Notes: generated by a model not told the origin, from the letters alone. DNA of 64,000 nt from an uncultured delta proteobacterium (GCA_963709285.1 CAVPVR010000009.1:272333-336332), one strand, 5' to 3'; numbered from the stretch's first letter, positions 40,532-52,087 are shown. Program-made: numbers and translations.

Positions 40532-41364
40532 TCACCCCAAAGGCAACAATTCCAGCGCGCCGGTGTCCCCGTCAAAATGGGCCAGGCGGCCGTGATAGGC
40601 CAGGGACTGGCCCAAAAGCAGGCGGATCGCTTCCTGGACCTGCAGGCTGGCCGTCAGGGTGGCCGTCGGGGCCAGTATCTCCCGGCCCCCCTGCCACCTC
40701 CATGGCCGTATCTGAGTAAATCTTGGTGAAACTGTCAGGGTCGTCCGGCAAAATGGTGGCCACCTGGCCGAATTTCCCCACCACCGCCCCGTGCACCAAG
40801 GGGACGCGGGCTTTTTGGGTGGCCTGAAAAAGTTCCCGGCGGGAGCGCAGATTATCCAGGCCGTCAAGCACGACTTGAACCTGAGAGAGATACGTCATCA
40901 GGTTGTCTGGGGTGAGATAATGCGGGATGGCTTCGGCCAGCAGGGCCGGATTGATCTCGGTGCAGATGGTCGGCGGCCACCCGGGCTTTGCTCTCACCCA
41001 ACGTTTGGTGCGTGGCCAGCCACTGGCGGTTGAGGTTGGCGGGGGTGAAAACATCGCCGTCGGCCAAGAGCAGCCGGCCAACTCCCACCCGGGCCAGGAG
41101 CGGGGCCAGCGTCCCCCCCAGGCCTCCCAACCCGACCACCAGGACGCTGCTGTCGAACAGCCGCAACTGTTCCGGGGCGGACAGGCTGGGGAAATTTCGT
41201 TCAAAGCACTCGGGAAAGATGCCCTCCCGCAAAGCTGCGGCCACCGCCTGCCGCAGGGTGAAGAGGTGACGCCGGGCCCAGTCACGCAGGTCAGATTCGC
41301 TGATGGTGTGAAAATTTTGACCAGAACGAGTCCCGGCACGGGTTAATGATTTGAGTGTGTCCAT
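40532..41364 (-). CDS. HesA/MoeB/ThiF-family adenylyltransferase, two frameshifts (about 40960 and 40690)
   Basis: VVGLGGLG, ADGD...NLNRQ, DGLDN and ASLQVQEA fall in three successive frames. Confidence 0.82.
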
Positions 41365-41429
41365 CGGTAGCAGGTGCCTGGGCCACCCCAGCATTGCCCG
41401 GTAAAAAGTACTCTCTTTTCCTAAACCCC

Positions 41430-43092
41430 CTATTTCCCCCCTGGGGTGGACTGGCCTCCTTCAACCCTGACGCTCAAAGTTTGGTAGTGATGATCCACCA
41501 ACAGGGAGGTGAAGACATTCTCCCCCTCGCAACGGGTGGAGATCACCTCGATGGAGTGGGGGACGCCCCGTTCGTCGGCAAAGTTGATGCGCTCCCCGGC
41601 TTTAAAGGCCTCTTTTCTGAACCAGATCTCCGGCGGCAAGAGCCAGGTCTTACCGTATTGGGCCTCGAACTGGAAATAGGACAAGGTGTCAAAGGGAAAC
41701 TGGAGGTAGAGCGCCAGGTCGGCATCGGCAACCTCACGTCCCAGCTTCGCGGCCAGGCGGACCCGTTCCTGTTCCAGGTCCACTTCCCGGGGTTGCACCA
41801 GGCCCCTTTCCTCGCTGAGTATCTGGTGCCACGGTTTGCCGTCGGTACGCTGGTATTCCAGGATTTTTTTGCAGATCCAGTCCGTCGGGGTCGTTAAACG
41901 GCAGCGGGCCATACCGCCCCAAAAGGAGGTTTTGCAGATCCAGGGAGGGCCTCTCGTAGCGCCCATAGAGGACATTGTTCACCGCGGTGGTCCAGAGTAT
42001 CTGAGACCCCGGGGTAACCGACCACCAGTTCCCCAGCTCCACCTGCACAATTCCCAATTCCCGAAAAACTTCCGGCATCCGGTCTAAAAACCCGGCCCGA
42101 TCCGCCTGTTCATAGGCGGTTCCCACGGCGCCGCCGGTGAGCTTATAGTGAGCCACGGTGGGGTCGTGCCCCCGGAAGGGGTTTTCAAAGGGCTCGTAGA
42201 TTTTGCGTTCCTGGCGCAGGATATCTGAGCTTTTCAGGAGGGCCTTAATATTGATGCCGATGGCCTTCTGGCCATAATCACGCAGGTTCTGGATCAGGGT
42301 GAGGGCCGGGGCCTGACCGTACACCGAGCCGTAGCCGTGGTCCGCCACGTCGCACAGCTTGGCCCCTGCCAGCACCACCGCAGTCATCCGGCCGATGTCG
42401 TTGCCGTCCGTGTTGCAGCCGTGATAATGGAGGATGAGGTCGGGGAAGGCCTCACGGATGGCCTCCACCAGTTGGGCCAGGCGCTTGGGTGTTCCCAGGC
42501 CGGCAAAATTCTTGATGGAGACGATGACGTCAGGACCGGTGACATCGAGGATTTCCCCCACCTTGTCCACGTAGTACTCATCCGTGTGTTCTTTGCCGGT
42601 GGAGAAACAGATACTGGGCATGAGCAGGCGCCCTGCCTCTTGCACCTCTTCAAACACCGGCACCATATTGGGCACGTGGTTGAGGAAATCGTACACCCGC
42701 CAGACGTCCACCAGCTTGGCGAACTCCCGCACCGTCAAACGAATGATGTTTTCCGGGTAATGACGGTAGCCAAAGAGACTGGCCCCCCGGCACACCGTCT
42801 GCAGCAGCGTGTTGGGCATGGCCTGGCGGACGATGCGCAGCCGCTCGAAGGGATTCACCTGTTTGTACATCAGGTCCATGTGGATGGAGGCCCCGCCACT
42901 GACTTCTACGGAGAAAAATCCCGCCTCATCGCGCACCGGCGCCACCCGCACTGTAGTCATGGGCATAAGCCGGTTCTTGAAGTCAGACTGGGATACGTCC
43001 CTTTCGTTGTTACAGAGAAAGTACCCGTCCGCGTCTTTTAGAGCGGCGAGGATGTCAGCCGGACTCATCTTTCTGGTGATATAACCTGGCAT
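41430..43092 (-). CDS. Pyruvate-carboxylase-like carboxyltransferase subunit (divergent, no biotinyl domain), frameshift near 41888
   Basis: RDVSQS, GGA, TLLQTVCRG, DFLN, VTPGSQI; joins ORF 41430-41975 at the G4 tract. Confidence 0.82.
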
Positions 43093-43139
43093 GGCCCTGT
43101 TTCCTTTATGAGAACCTCCGCAGAGGGATTTTCTGGTTT

Positions 43140-43404
43140 CTGATTATGCCCTTAACTCCAAAACTAGCTTTCATTTTACCTCGCACCGCTCTGCGAGCGG
43201 ATTGGGATATTGGGTTTCCAAAAAGCCCCCTCCCTTTGATGGGAGGGGGTTTGGGGGAGGGTGGCGAAGTTCTGGGGGCACGCTTTCCTCCAAGGTTTTT
43301 GCCACCCCCACCCCGGCCCTCCCCCATCCAGGGGGAGGGAGATGAGTTGCAGGTTTACGATTCGAAATCCATTGATCTGGTTTCGGAGTTAAATAAATAA
43401 TCGG
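43140..43404. mobile_element. 265-bp MITE with ~25-bp TIRs and a 10-bp target-site duplication
   Basis: Left CTGATTATGCCCTTAACTCCAAAAC, right (revcomp) CCGATTATTTATTTAACTCCGAAAC; flanks TTTCTGGTTT and TTTCTGGCTT; G/C palindromic core 43226-43340. Confidence 0.75.
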
Positions 43405-43448
43405 TTTCTGGCTTTTACCCACCCTGATTGGTTGCCTCCAGTGGCCGG

Positions 43449-44903
43449 TTATCTATAGGCAAAGGGGTTGATTCCATGGGCATTGATTTCCGCAATGAGA
43501 CGGGCGATCTTGTCCACTCCCCGATCTTCTTCTTGATACTCCAACAGATGGGGATGCTCGCTGAGGTAACTGGTATCCAGCCGCCGCATGATGAAGTCCG
43601 GGTCGTGCACGATTTGGTGAAAGAAGGGAATGGTGGTCTTGACGCCCAGAATGAGAAAGCCCTTGAGGGCCCGCTGCAGGCGGTCCACCGCCTCCTGCCA
43701 GGTGAAGCCGGAGACCGTCAGCTTCACCATGAGGGAATCGTAATAGGGGGGGATTTCATAGCCCTGGTAAATAGCCCCGTCCAGGCGCACCCCGTGGCCC
43801 GCAGACGATTGATACACCTGGACCACCCCCGGACTGGCCAAAAAATCGTTTTTCGGGTCTTCGGCATTGATGCGCACCTGGATGGCATAGCCCCGCTCCA
43901 CCACTTGCTCCTGGGAAAAGCTGATGGGTTCTCCCTGGGCAATGAGCAATTGCTCCCGAATGATATCGATGCCGGTCACCACTTCGGTGACGGTGTGCTC
44001 CACCTGGATGCGGGTGTTCACTTCCAGGAAGTAAAAGGAATTATCCGGGGCCACCAGAAATTCCACGGTGCCGGCGCTGAAATACTCCGCGGCCTGGGCC
44101 ATGCGCACGGCGGCCTCACAGATTCTGGCGGTTAAGGACGGCTCCAGGCCGGCCGGGGCCATTTCGATGAGCTTCTGATGGCGCCGCTGGATGGAGCAAT
44201 TGCGGGTGCCCAGATGCACCACGGTCCCGAAGGCATCTGCCAGGATTTGCACTTCCACGTGCTGGGGCCGGGGAATCCCTTTTTCCAGGTAGATCTCATC
44301 ATTCCCGAAACAAATCATGGCTTCGGCCCGGGACTGCTTGAGTCCGGCCAGGAGGGCTTGTTCGTCATTGACCTGGCGGATGCCACGGCCGCCGCCTCCG
44401 GATACCGCTTTGATCATGAGAGGATAGCCCTGCTCGTCAACGAACGCCAGGGCTTCCCGTTCTCCCGGAGCGTCCCGGGAGAGGGTACCACTGGCCGGAA
44501 TCACGGGAATCCCGGCCTGCTCGGCGATTTTCCGGGCGGTGACTTTACTCCCCATGTTCCGGATCACCTCGGGAGGCGGCCCGATGAAAACTATGTCGGC
44601 CTGGGCGCAGGCTTCCGGAAATTCGGGATTTTCGGAGAGAAAACCATAGCCCGGGTGGATGGCCTGGGCTCCGGTTTCCTGGGCGGCCTGGATGATTTTG
44701 TCGATGTTCAGGTAGTCCTGGCGGGGGCCCGGGCCGATGCACACGACCTCATCGGCACGCATGATGTGAAAGGCATCTTTGTCGGTCTCTTCGTAGATCG
44801 CCACCACCTTGAGGTCCAACTCCTGGGCCGACCGCATGATACGCACGGCAATCTCACCCCGATTGGCCACCAAAATCTTTTCGAGTGTAGGGCTGGTAAC
44901 CAT
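43449..44903 (-). CDS. Biotin carboxylase subunit (PycA/AccC type)
   Basis: ANRGEIA, HPGYGFLSEN, GGGGRG, CSIQRRHQK, EVNTRIQVEH, RINAED. Confidence 0.95.
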   Translation of the reverse strand: MVTSPTLEKILVANRGEIAVRIMRSAQELDLKVVAIYEETDKDAFHIMRADEVVCIGPGPRQDYLNIDKIIQAAQETGAQAIHPGYGFLSENPEFPEACAQADIVFIGPPPEVIRNMGSKVTARKIAEQAGIPVIPASGTLSRDAPGEREALAFVDEQGYPLMIKAVSGGGGRGIRQVNDEQALLAGLKQSRAEAMICFGNDEIYLEKGIPRPQHVEVQILADAFGTVVHLGTRNCSIQRRHQKLIEMAPAGLEPSLTARICEAAVRMAQAAEYFSAGTVEFLVAPDNSFYFLEVNTRIQVEHTVTEVVTGIDIIREQLLIAQGEPISFSQEQVVERGYAIQVRINAEDPKNDFLASPGVVQVYQSSAGHGVRLDGAIYQGYEIPPYYDSLMVKLTVSGFTWQEAVDRLQRALKGFLILGVKTTIPFFHQIVHDPDFIMRRLDTSYLSEHPHLLEYQEEDRGVDKIARLIAEINAHGINPFAYR

Positions 44904-45049
44904 GATTATTCACCCCCAGATAGGGCTTGGTGGAGCCCCAAAAGGCTGCCAGGGCGGCAGGTTAACTGAAGTCCAAGGGTTAGCGGCAAAGGCGGTTTCT
45001 TGGCGCCTGGTCAAGGTTGGCTTCCTTTCTGCCACCCCCCGGAAGCACT

Positions 45050-45460
45050 TTAAAGGTTGGTCAGGTATTGCGGGAGGGTGTTCGTGATGAACTGGCGGAT
45101 GGCATCCCTGGAGTCCCGATATCCCGCCAAATTGCCCCCAAACGGGTCGGCCACTGGGTAGCGCATACACCTGCCTGAAAAAGCTCGGGGCAGGAAAGAA
45201 TCCAAAGAGTAGGTGGTCAAGTTAACAATCAATTGGAACTTTGCAAAGTTGATTTCTGATCGTCCCTTGGACCAAAGCCCTTCCGTAGCAATTCCTAATT
45301 CTGCCAATACTTGTAAGGTTTCCTCGGCGATATACCCAAGGGGATTGGTCCCGGCTGAACCTGCTTGCAAAGAGTCAGGAAAATAGTGTCTGGCTAAAGC
45401 TTCGGCCATGATGCTGCGGCAGGAATTGCCCACACAGATAAAGAGTACTCCCTTTAGCAT
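45050..45460 (-). CDS. Low-molecular-weight phosphatase / ArsC-family protein
   Basis: VLFICVGNSCRS, SAGT, DP. Confidence 0.88.
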   Translation of the reverse strand: MLKGVLFICVGNSCRSIMAEALARHYFPDSLQAGSAGTNPLGYIAEETLQVLAELGIATEGLWSKGRSEINFAKFQLIVNLTTYSLDSFLPRAFSGRCMRYPVADPFGGNLAGYRDSRDAIRQFITNTLPQYLTNL

Positions 45461-45818
45461 GAGTTCTTTATCCTCAATGGCTTGCTGTCCTTGATTTTCT
45501 GGGGAAATTTTCTGTCCCTCTGAGAGATTTTCTTGCTGGACAAGAATTTGGTGACAAAGTCTGATGGTAGGGGAAATTTTTGAAGCGCCCCGGTGATACT
45601 GCCGGAATAAGACTTGTCCATGCCAGAAAATTAAGTTTATCCAGGATCTTAGAAGCCGAGGGCAGCTCCCCTTAAAATGGAACAAAATCCTGATTGCCCT
45701 CCAGTCAGGAGAGTTTGACCGGAGAGGAATGCCGTTTGCAATTATAAAGCTTATAACACAATTTTCAGATTTTAACTATCTCTTTGTTTTTTTTGGCTTT
45801 TTTTAATTCTTCTCAATC

Positions 45819-45834
45819 AGGCATATTTCTTGCT
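45819..45834 (+). promoter_or_regulatory. sigma54-type promoter
   Basis: AGGCAT-ATTTC-TTGC (GG-N10-GC) upstream of the nitroreductase gene. Confidence 0.5.
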
Positions 45835-45955
45835 TATGATAATCAGTCAAAGGATGCTATGAAGACCAACTCTGTCGCCGCCGGCCAGAGAAGAGGCTGA
45901 GCATCCGGCTATGATCATGAGGCTTGAGTAACCGAATACGTCAGAGGAGAACACG

Positions 45956-46594
45956 TTGCCTTCTGTTGAAAAAACCGACAACCAGTTTGATGCTGGCATA
46001 CCCTCTCAGCGGGACGGATTTCTCCGTCTCGGCAGGGCGACGCGGCATAAATTAACCGAAGAGGAAACCAGCCACTTGCTTTCCCTGACTGCTCTTTCCC
46101 TCTCGGCTTTTAATGTCAACAATTGTCGGTTTGTGGTGGTCAGAGATGTGGAACTCCGAAAGCAGGTCAATAAACTTTCCCTAAAAAAAGTCCAAATCCC
46201 GCAGGTTTTATCGTTAATCATTTTGTGTGCCGACCTGCAGCACGGGGAAAAAAAACCTGGAGAGAATGGAGGAAATGACTCCCAGGACGCAAAGAAAACC
46301 ACTACTTCCCGCAAGAAGCGCTCCCAGCGGGACAGTGAACAACTCCAGCGGGATGAAGCCATGTGTTCTTGTGGCATTGCCGCCCAAACATTCATGCTGA
46401 CCGCCAAAGCCATGGGTTATGATTCCTGGCGTATGGATGGTTTTGATTACGATGGTGTGGGCGAATTAATCAACCTCCCCCAGGATTATGTAGTGGCCAT
46501 GCTCCTGGTGGTGGGTAAAAATATCAAACAACTATGGCCGAACGGTAGTCAAGTCAATTTTACTGATGTGATGATAACGGACCAATTTGACTAG
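45956..46594 (+). CDS. Nitroreductase-family protein
   Basis: SAFN...RFVVVRD, DEAM.SCGIAAQT.ML.AKAMGYDS..MDGFD. Confidence 0.85.
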   Translation: MPSVEKTDNQFDAGIPSQRDGFLRLGRATRHKLTEEETSHLLSLTALSLSAFNVNNCRFVVVRDVELRKQVNKLSLKKVQIPQVLSLIILCADLQHGEKKPGENGGNDSQDAKKTTTSRKKRSQRDSEQLQRDEAMCSCGIAAQTFMLTAKAMGYDSWRMDGFDYDGVGELINLPQDYVVAMLLVVGKNIKQLWPNGSQVNFTDVMITDQFD

Positions 46595-46782
46595 GTAATC
46601 CCAACCTAGGAGATCAAACATTCACATTCTGGGTAATACTTTGGCCAGCCTGGCAGCAACGGGCTGGCAATATTACTCCGTCTTCTTCAGTCTTTTTTGT
46701 TGAAAATCCGTCCTCAAAGACGACCCTTTTTTGACCTTCTTTCTTAAAAAAGCAGAAGAGTCTAGTGCAAAATCTATTTTTC

Positions 46783-46854
46783 TGTCATCCTGAACGAAGT
46801 GAAGGATCTCAACCTATTGAAATTGCGAGATTCTTCGCTGCGCTCAGAATGACA
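46783..46854. repeat. TGTCATCCTGA...TCAGAATGACA palindromic repeat
   Basis: Imperfect inverted repeat between convergent genes. Confidence 0.75.
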
Positions 46855-46969
46855 TTTTAGAAGAACTTGAGGATTTGTAATAGTTTCGACGGCCGGGAGC
46901 AGTTGCCTGAACTCACCCAAAGAACGCCCAACTCCATCCCCTTCAAGACCCTGGATGAGCCGATTCCAC

Positions 46970-47644
46970 TCAAGTGGTGGCGCTCTTGTCGTAATTCATC
47001 TGGGGCGGGGCCACCGCTCCCCCGGAAATGATAAAGGTCATGGCCTCATCCATGGTCCAGGTGGTGGAGATGAGTTTTTCCAAGGGCACGATTTCCAGGT
47101 AGCCTGAAGTGGGATTGGGGGTGGTGGGCACGTATACCGCAGCCAGGGTCCGGCCGGTGTCGGCATCCTGCAGGGTGCGGGTCACAAAACCCACCGCCTT
47201 CATCTCCGGCGAGGGAAAATCAACGAGGACCACCCTATGGACGCCGTCAGGTTTTGTTTGGAGCACAGAAAGAAATTTTTGCACCGAACTGTAAATGGTG
47301 TTCACCAGAGGAATGCGATGAACCAAAGCATCGAAGAGGGCCAGAAGACGCCGCCCAATCACTCTGGTGGCCGCCCAGCCGAGTACGTATAAGCCCAAAA
47401 GAACCAGGATAACCGCCAGCACCGAATCGAAGAAGGGGTGGAGCATTATATCTGCGGCGCGCGGGGAAAGAGGCCGGATGCCGAGCGCTATCCAGGTTAC
47501 GGCAGGTCTCCCGAATTCTCGCAATAGTTGCAAGATAAATTTCAGTATCCACCAGGTGATATACAAGGGGATAACGGTAAAAATCCCTGCCAAGATGTAA
47601 GCTTTTTTCGAAGTCCTCACAGAGGTTGTATCTTTTTCAGTCAT
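46970..47644 (-). CDS. DUF502 membrane protein
   Basis: IPLVNTIY, VYVPTTPNPTSGYL, IISGG. Confidence 0.92.
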   Translation of the reverse strand: MTEKDTTSVRTSKKAYILAGIFTVIPLYITWWILKFILQLLREFGRPAVTWIALGIRPLSPRAADIMLHPFFDSVLAVILVLLGLYVLGWAATRVIGRRLLALFDALVHRIPLVNTIYSSVQKFLSVLQTKPDGVHRVVLVDFPSPEMKAVGFVTRTLQDADTGRTLAAVYVPTTPNPTSGYLEIVPLEKLISTTWTMDEAMTFIISGGAVAPPQMNYDKSATT

Positions 47645-48325
47645 GGGTTGCGTAACTCCTTAACGGCGTCCTGGAATTCTAGTTACCATGCCCCTATCAT
47701 CAACCTGACGGCAAATTTTCCTGGGGTGCATACCAACCTGTTCCTGAAAATACCTCACCGAGCGCAGTTTTGCCCGACAATTCCGCTGCCAGTTTTCCAG
47801 GGGCGGCCGTCTGCTGGCTCTTCTCATAGCCTGTGCCACGTGGTGGCTGCAGAACGGGAGGCCTTGATGTCCGGCTCGAACCAAAAGGTATGTTTCCCCA
47901 AGGTTCGTTCCCCTGATATCTTTACTATGGTTTACTCACTTTATCTACAGTTTAACAGGTCCAACCGTAGTTGCCGTCAACCGCACTGGCCAGCGGCCCG
48001 AGGTTTTAGCCAGTGGCACTCCCTGGCCAGCCAGGCCAGGAAGTCCTCCCAGGCAAGAAAAAGACAATTTCAAGAAAATTTTTTGTTGAACGAGAATTTT
48101 CTTATCGTTAAAAGCTGAAGGTGGGCTCCAGAAAAAATTACCAAGCATAGATTTCCCAATTTTCCCCTAGACAATTCTCTGGTAATAACCCTTAATTTTA
48201 GGTGAATTAATATCTTTAAGTCCTCAGCCAAAATCTCCTGAGAAATCATAACTCATTAATAAGATTGTATTATCTGTTTAGATTGTCATTGCTTCTCCAT
48301 CCCGGGAATAATTTTTTTAATCAAC

Positions 48326-48341
48326 TGGCACATTTTATGCT
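48326..48341 (+). promoter_or_regulatory. sigma54-type promoter
   Basis: TGGCAC-ATTTT-ATGCT. Confidence 0.6.
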
Positions 48342-48439
48342 TCTTTGTTTGATAGGCGCGGCAGCAGAGGTTTATGGTCAAGGTAGAGATTTTTTATTGA
48401 CCTAAAAAAGTTATCGAAGAAATTACCTGGAGACGTTTG

Positions 48440-49387
48440 ATGCCAACCCTTACCCGGGAAAGACTCTCAGCTAATTTGCCGGAAGCGTCGGAAATGCCGC
48501 GGCGGCAAGACCTGGAGGCCATGTTTGCCCGCCTCGATGAAGAATGGCGAGACTTGAAGGAGTTCCTGAAAGACTGGGTGCAATCGGATCTCAGGGAAGA
48601 GTCGGAGTCCCAGGCTTACCTGACCCGTTTAAGGCAGGCGGTAAAAGAAGATGCCGGCACCAGCGAGACTGAGGCAAGTCCGCCTCTGTCAGATAATAAA
48701 ATGAACTTCGCCGTGTCCCCTCTGGAAGCGGAAGCTATCATCGAACGGGTGGGAAAATCCGGTGAGGAGACGAAGATTCTGGAGCGCCTAACCAGGGTGG
48801 AGCGCCAGTACCGCCGCCTCATCATCTATGGTTCTCTTGGGTACATTCTCATGGGCGCTCTCATGTTCATGTTCATGGTGTTCCCCACCAATCATTTGAG
48901 GGAAAATTTTGTGTCGGGTGGGAAAAGTCTGGTGCAGATCGCCAGGGGGATCGTCCTGCCCCAGCCGACAGAAAAAAAGTCGCCCTCCATGGAGTCGACT
49001 GACCGGCCGCGCCTTCCGGCCACCGGGGAATCTCAAACCTCTCCTCCGGACCCCAAAAGGGCAGATCCAGCATCGGCCAAGGAGCATTCTTCCCTGACCA
49101 GCCCTTCCAGGGAGCCAACATCTTCTTCTCCGGCTCAAGAAACCTCAGCTCCGCCCGCCAACCAGCAATCCTTGAGCATAACCAATATTTTCAAGGAACC
49201 CGCAATCCCCGAAGTTAAATACGTGGGGTCCATTACCTCTAATAAATACCACTACCCCGACTGCAAGTGGGCCAAGAAAATAAATCCAAGAAAAGTCCGG
49301 GGCTTCCTCTCCGTGGCCGAGGCCCAAAAAGCAGGCTACAAAAGGTGTTGGGGTTGCAAACCGCCGCTCACCGACAACCCTGAGTAG
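48440..49387 (+). CDS. Membrane protein with C-terminal Ada-type Zn-binding domain
   Basis: One TM segment, Pro/Ser linker, YVGS..SNKYHYPDC...AGYKRC..CKP. Confidence 0.78.
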   Translation: MPTLTRERLSANLPEASEMPRRQDLEAMFARLDEEWRDLKEFLKDWVQSDLREESESQAYLTRLRQAVKEDAGTSETEASPPLSDNKMNFAVSPLEAEAIIERVGKSGEETKILERLTRVERQYRRLIIYGSLGYILMGALMFMFMVFPTNHLRENFVSGGKSLVQIARGIVLPQPTEKKSPSMESTDRPRLPATGESQTSPPDPKRADPASAKEHSSLTSPSREPTSSSPAQETSAPPANQQSLSITNIFKEPAIPEVKYVGSITSNKYHYPDCKWAKKINPRKVRGFLSVAEAQKAGYKRCWGCKPPLTDNPE

Positions 49388-49621
49388 CCGGCACGGAAGA
49401 GGAATGTAAAGATTTACTTGGGAAGGCGGTAGAGGGGGCCGGTGGTCACACGGGTAAGGGCGCCCGTGCCATCGATCCCCTCAATTTTTTTCCTCCTTCG
49501 CCCCTTTCTCCAGCTGATCAGAACGCCTATGGAAACCCTCAGGAATTGGGGCCTACCTGAGATTCGGGCCCTCGGGCCCCCTGAAACGGGGTAAAAGGAA
49601 AAAAAGAAAGTAAGCTTCCAG

Positions 49622-50689
49622 TTACTGTCGGTCCGACAGGTCCCGGCGCTCGCCGAACTTCCTTTTCAAAAATTCGCTCATCCTGGTGGCCACCATCCTA
49701 TCGCCGGTGGGGTTGAGGTGAATGCCGTCAGACTCGTACACCGGCTGCTGCCGGGAACACAGGATGTTGCGAAAATCCACAAAATAGGATTTATCCTTCA
49801 GCCTTTCGAACAAGGCATTATAGACCAAGTCAAAATTCTTCTGTAAGGCCCAGCGATCCCCCAGGATGATCTTTTTCCTTGCCTGGTCTTGCACCGCAGG
49901 AGTCACGGGCGCCGTCTCAACCCACCAGCATGGCTGCCAGAACAACACAAACGTGGCGCCGTAACAACGGGCAACTTTGTCAATATAGTCGTAGCGGCGC
50001 ACTGCCTGATCAAGGTATTGGTGCAGGGCCGGGTCCTCCGGAGAGATGGCGAAAACCCCCTGCCGCATTTTGTCGTACACTTCCCGGGTAAAGGAAGTGT
50101 ACCAGGCGGCATTCAAGGGCTTCAGCATGCCGAAGAAACTCTGGTGGTAACTTTCCACCAGTCCCCGCACCTGGCGGTATCCGTGATGGGCATAGGGCGT
50201 CCGGTATTGCCCGAAATAGGCGCAGTCATTGGCCCCATCATAAAACGTAATGATCTGCGGCGGTTGGGGACTTTCAATCAACATTTTTTGCAGGTATTTC
50301 GATTCCATGAGGGCATTGAACCCGTCCACCCCGAAGTTGACCACCCGGGCGGCCAGCGCGGGAGGCTCCTGGTTCAGCTGCTGGGACACAAAGCTGGGCA
50401 GGGTTTCCCGGTCGTCTAACGAGATGCCCCGGGTGGTGGACCCGCCAAACATCCAGATGGTGGTAATTCCCCCCGAGTCGGGAGCAGCGTTATTGGCCGT
50501 GGGCCGCTTACCGTGGAGGTTGATATACAAAGCATAGGGATCGTACCGCACCGGCTCTCCTTCCCGGAGCTGTCCGTAAACAAAATATATACTGAGGGTG
50601 ATGATCACAAAACTAAGGAGCTCCAGAAGTAGCAACCCGATGACGAGAATTTTTATCCCCCAAAACAAGCGGCGCCAAAGTGAACGCAT
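49622..50689 (-). CDS. SGNH/GDSL hydrolase-family protein
   Basis: FGGSTT, NFG, DGAND, DGIH; N-terminal TM. Confidence 0.85.
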   Translation of the reverse strand: MRSLWRRLFWGIKILVIGLLLLELLSFVIITLSIYFVYGQLREGEPVRYDPYALYINLHGKRPTANNAAPDSGGITTIWMFGGSTTRGISLDDRETLPSFVSQQLNQEPPALAARVVNFGVDGFNALMESKYLQKMLIESPQPPQIITFYDGANDCAYFGQYRTPYAHHGYRQVRGLVESYHQSFFGMLKPLNAAWYTSFTREVYDKMRQGVFAISPEDPALHQYLDQAVRRYDYIDKVARCYGATFVLFWQPCWWVETAPVTPAVQDQARKKIILGDRWALQKNFDLVYNALFERLKDKSYFVDFRNILCSRQQPVYESDGIHLNPTGDRMVATRMSEFLKRKFGERRDLSDRQ

Positions 50690-50886
50690 GATTCCTCTTA
50701 CTCCCGAATTTTTATGATGCGGCAATCCTACCGCGGTTGAGCCACGGCTAAGGTTATCTTTTTTCCCAGGGGTTTTTCAAGCACCTGTCTTTCTGGAGTG
50801 GGTAGCCCCAAACAGCCCTTCACGGTGGCGAAATTGCCCCGAATTCATTTATATTCTTATTGGCAGTTTACTTGAGGAGGCTAGAC

Positions 50887-52087
50887 ATGCAGGACAAGGA
50901 AAATCCCCCCTCCCTGGGCCGGGCCACCGTGGCCATTCACCGGGGCGGGTTGGCCGGACCGGTGTACGGCGAGGTTTCCGTCCCCATTTTCCAGACATCC
51001 ACTTTTGCTTTCCCCAGCGCCGAAGCTGGTGCAGCCCGCTTCACCGGGGATGCCCCCGGTTTTATTTACACCCGCTTGGGCAATCCCACGGTCCAGGCCC
51101 TGGAGGAGTGCGTGACGGCCCTGGAACATGGCGTGGCGGGGCATGCCACCGCCACCGGCATGGCGGCTATCAGCCGCGGTTTGCCTGGGGCTGCTGGGCC
51201 AAGGGGACCATGTCCTGGCCGGGGACTGCCTCTATGGGCCCACCCACGTGGTCATCGACCGGGAACTCACCCGCTTCGGGATCAGCGTCACGTTTGTGGA
51301 CACCGCCGACCCCGACCGAGTGGCGGAGGCCATCCGGCCCAACACCCGGCTGCTTTTTCTGGAAACCCCCGCCAATCCCACCCTCAAGATAACGGACCTG
51401 GCGGCCATGGCCCGGATAACCCGGGAGCGGGAGGTCTGGCTGGCGGTGGACAACACCTTCGCCACTCCCCACCTCCAACGCCCCCTCACCCTGGGGGCCG
51501 ACCTGGTGGTGCACAGCCTTACCAAGTCTTTAAATGGCCACAGTGACGTCCTGGGGGGCATGATTGTCGTCAAGGATGCCGAACTTTCAAAAAAAATTAA
51601 ACGAATTCTGAACCTTTTCGGGGGCACCATGGACCCCCACCAGGCCTGGCTTATCCTCCGGGGAGTGCGCACCCTGGCATTGCGGGTGGAACAAGCCCAG
51701 GCTAACGCGGAAAAACTCGCCGAGTTTCTGGAACAACATCCTCAGGTGGAGTGGGTGCGCTACCCGGGTCTGCCTTCTCATCCCGGACATGACCTTGCCA
51801 AAAAGCAGATGGACGGTTTCGGGGCCATGTTGTGCTTCGGCGTCAGGGGAGGGCTGGAAGGAGGCAGGGTGCTCATGAACCACCTGCATCTCATCACCCT
51901 GGCGGTGTCGCTGGGGGGTGTTGAATCCCTGATCCAGCACCCCGCGTCCATGACCCACGCCGGCATGCCTCGGGAAAAGCGGCTGGCCGCGGGCATCGGG
52001 GACGAAATGGTGCGCTTGTCCGTGGGTTGTGAGGACGTGGCTGACCTCATGGCTGATTTGGACCAAGCCCTCCAGGCCATTCCCTGA
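50887..52087 (+). CDS. Methionine gamma-lyase / Cys-Met PLP enzyme, frameshift near 51175
   Basis: PIFQTSTF, YTRLGNPT, ETPANPT, VDNTF, HSLTKSLNGHSDV, SLGGVESL. Removing one C gives GMAAISAVCL. Confidence 0.9.
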
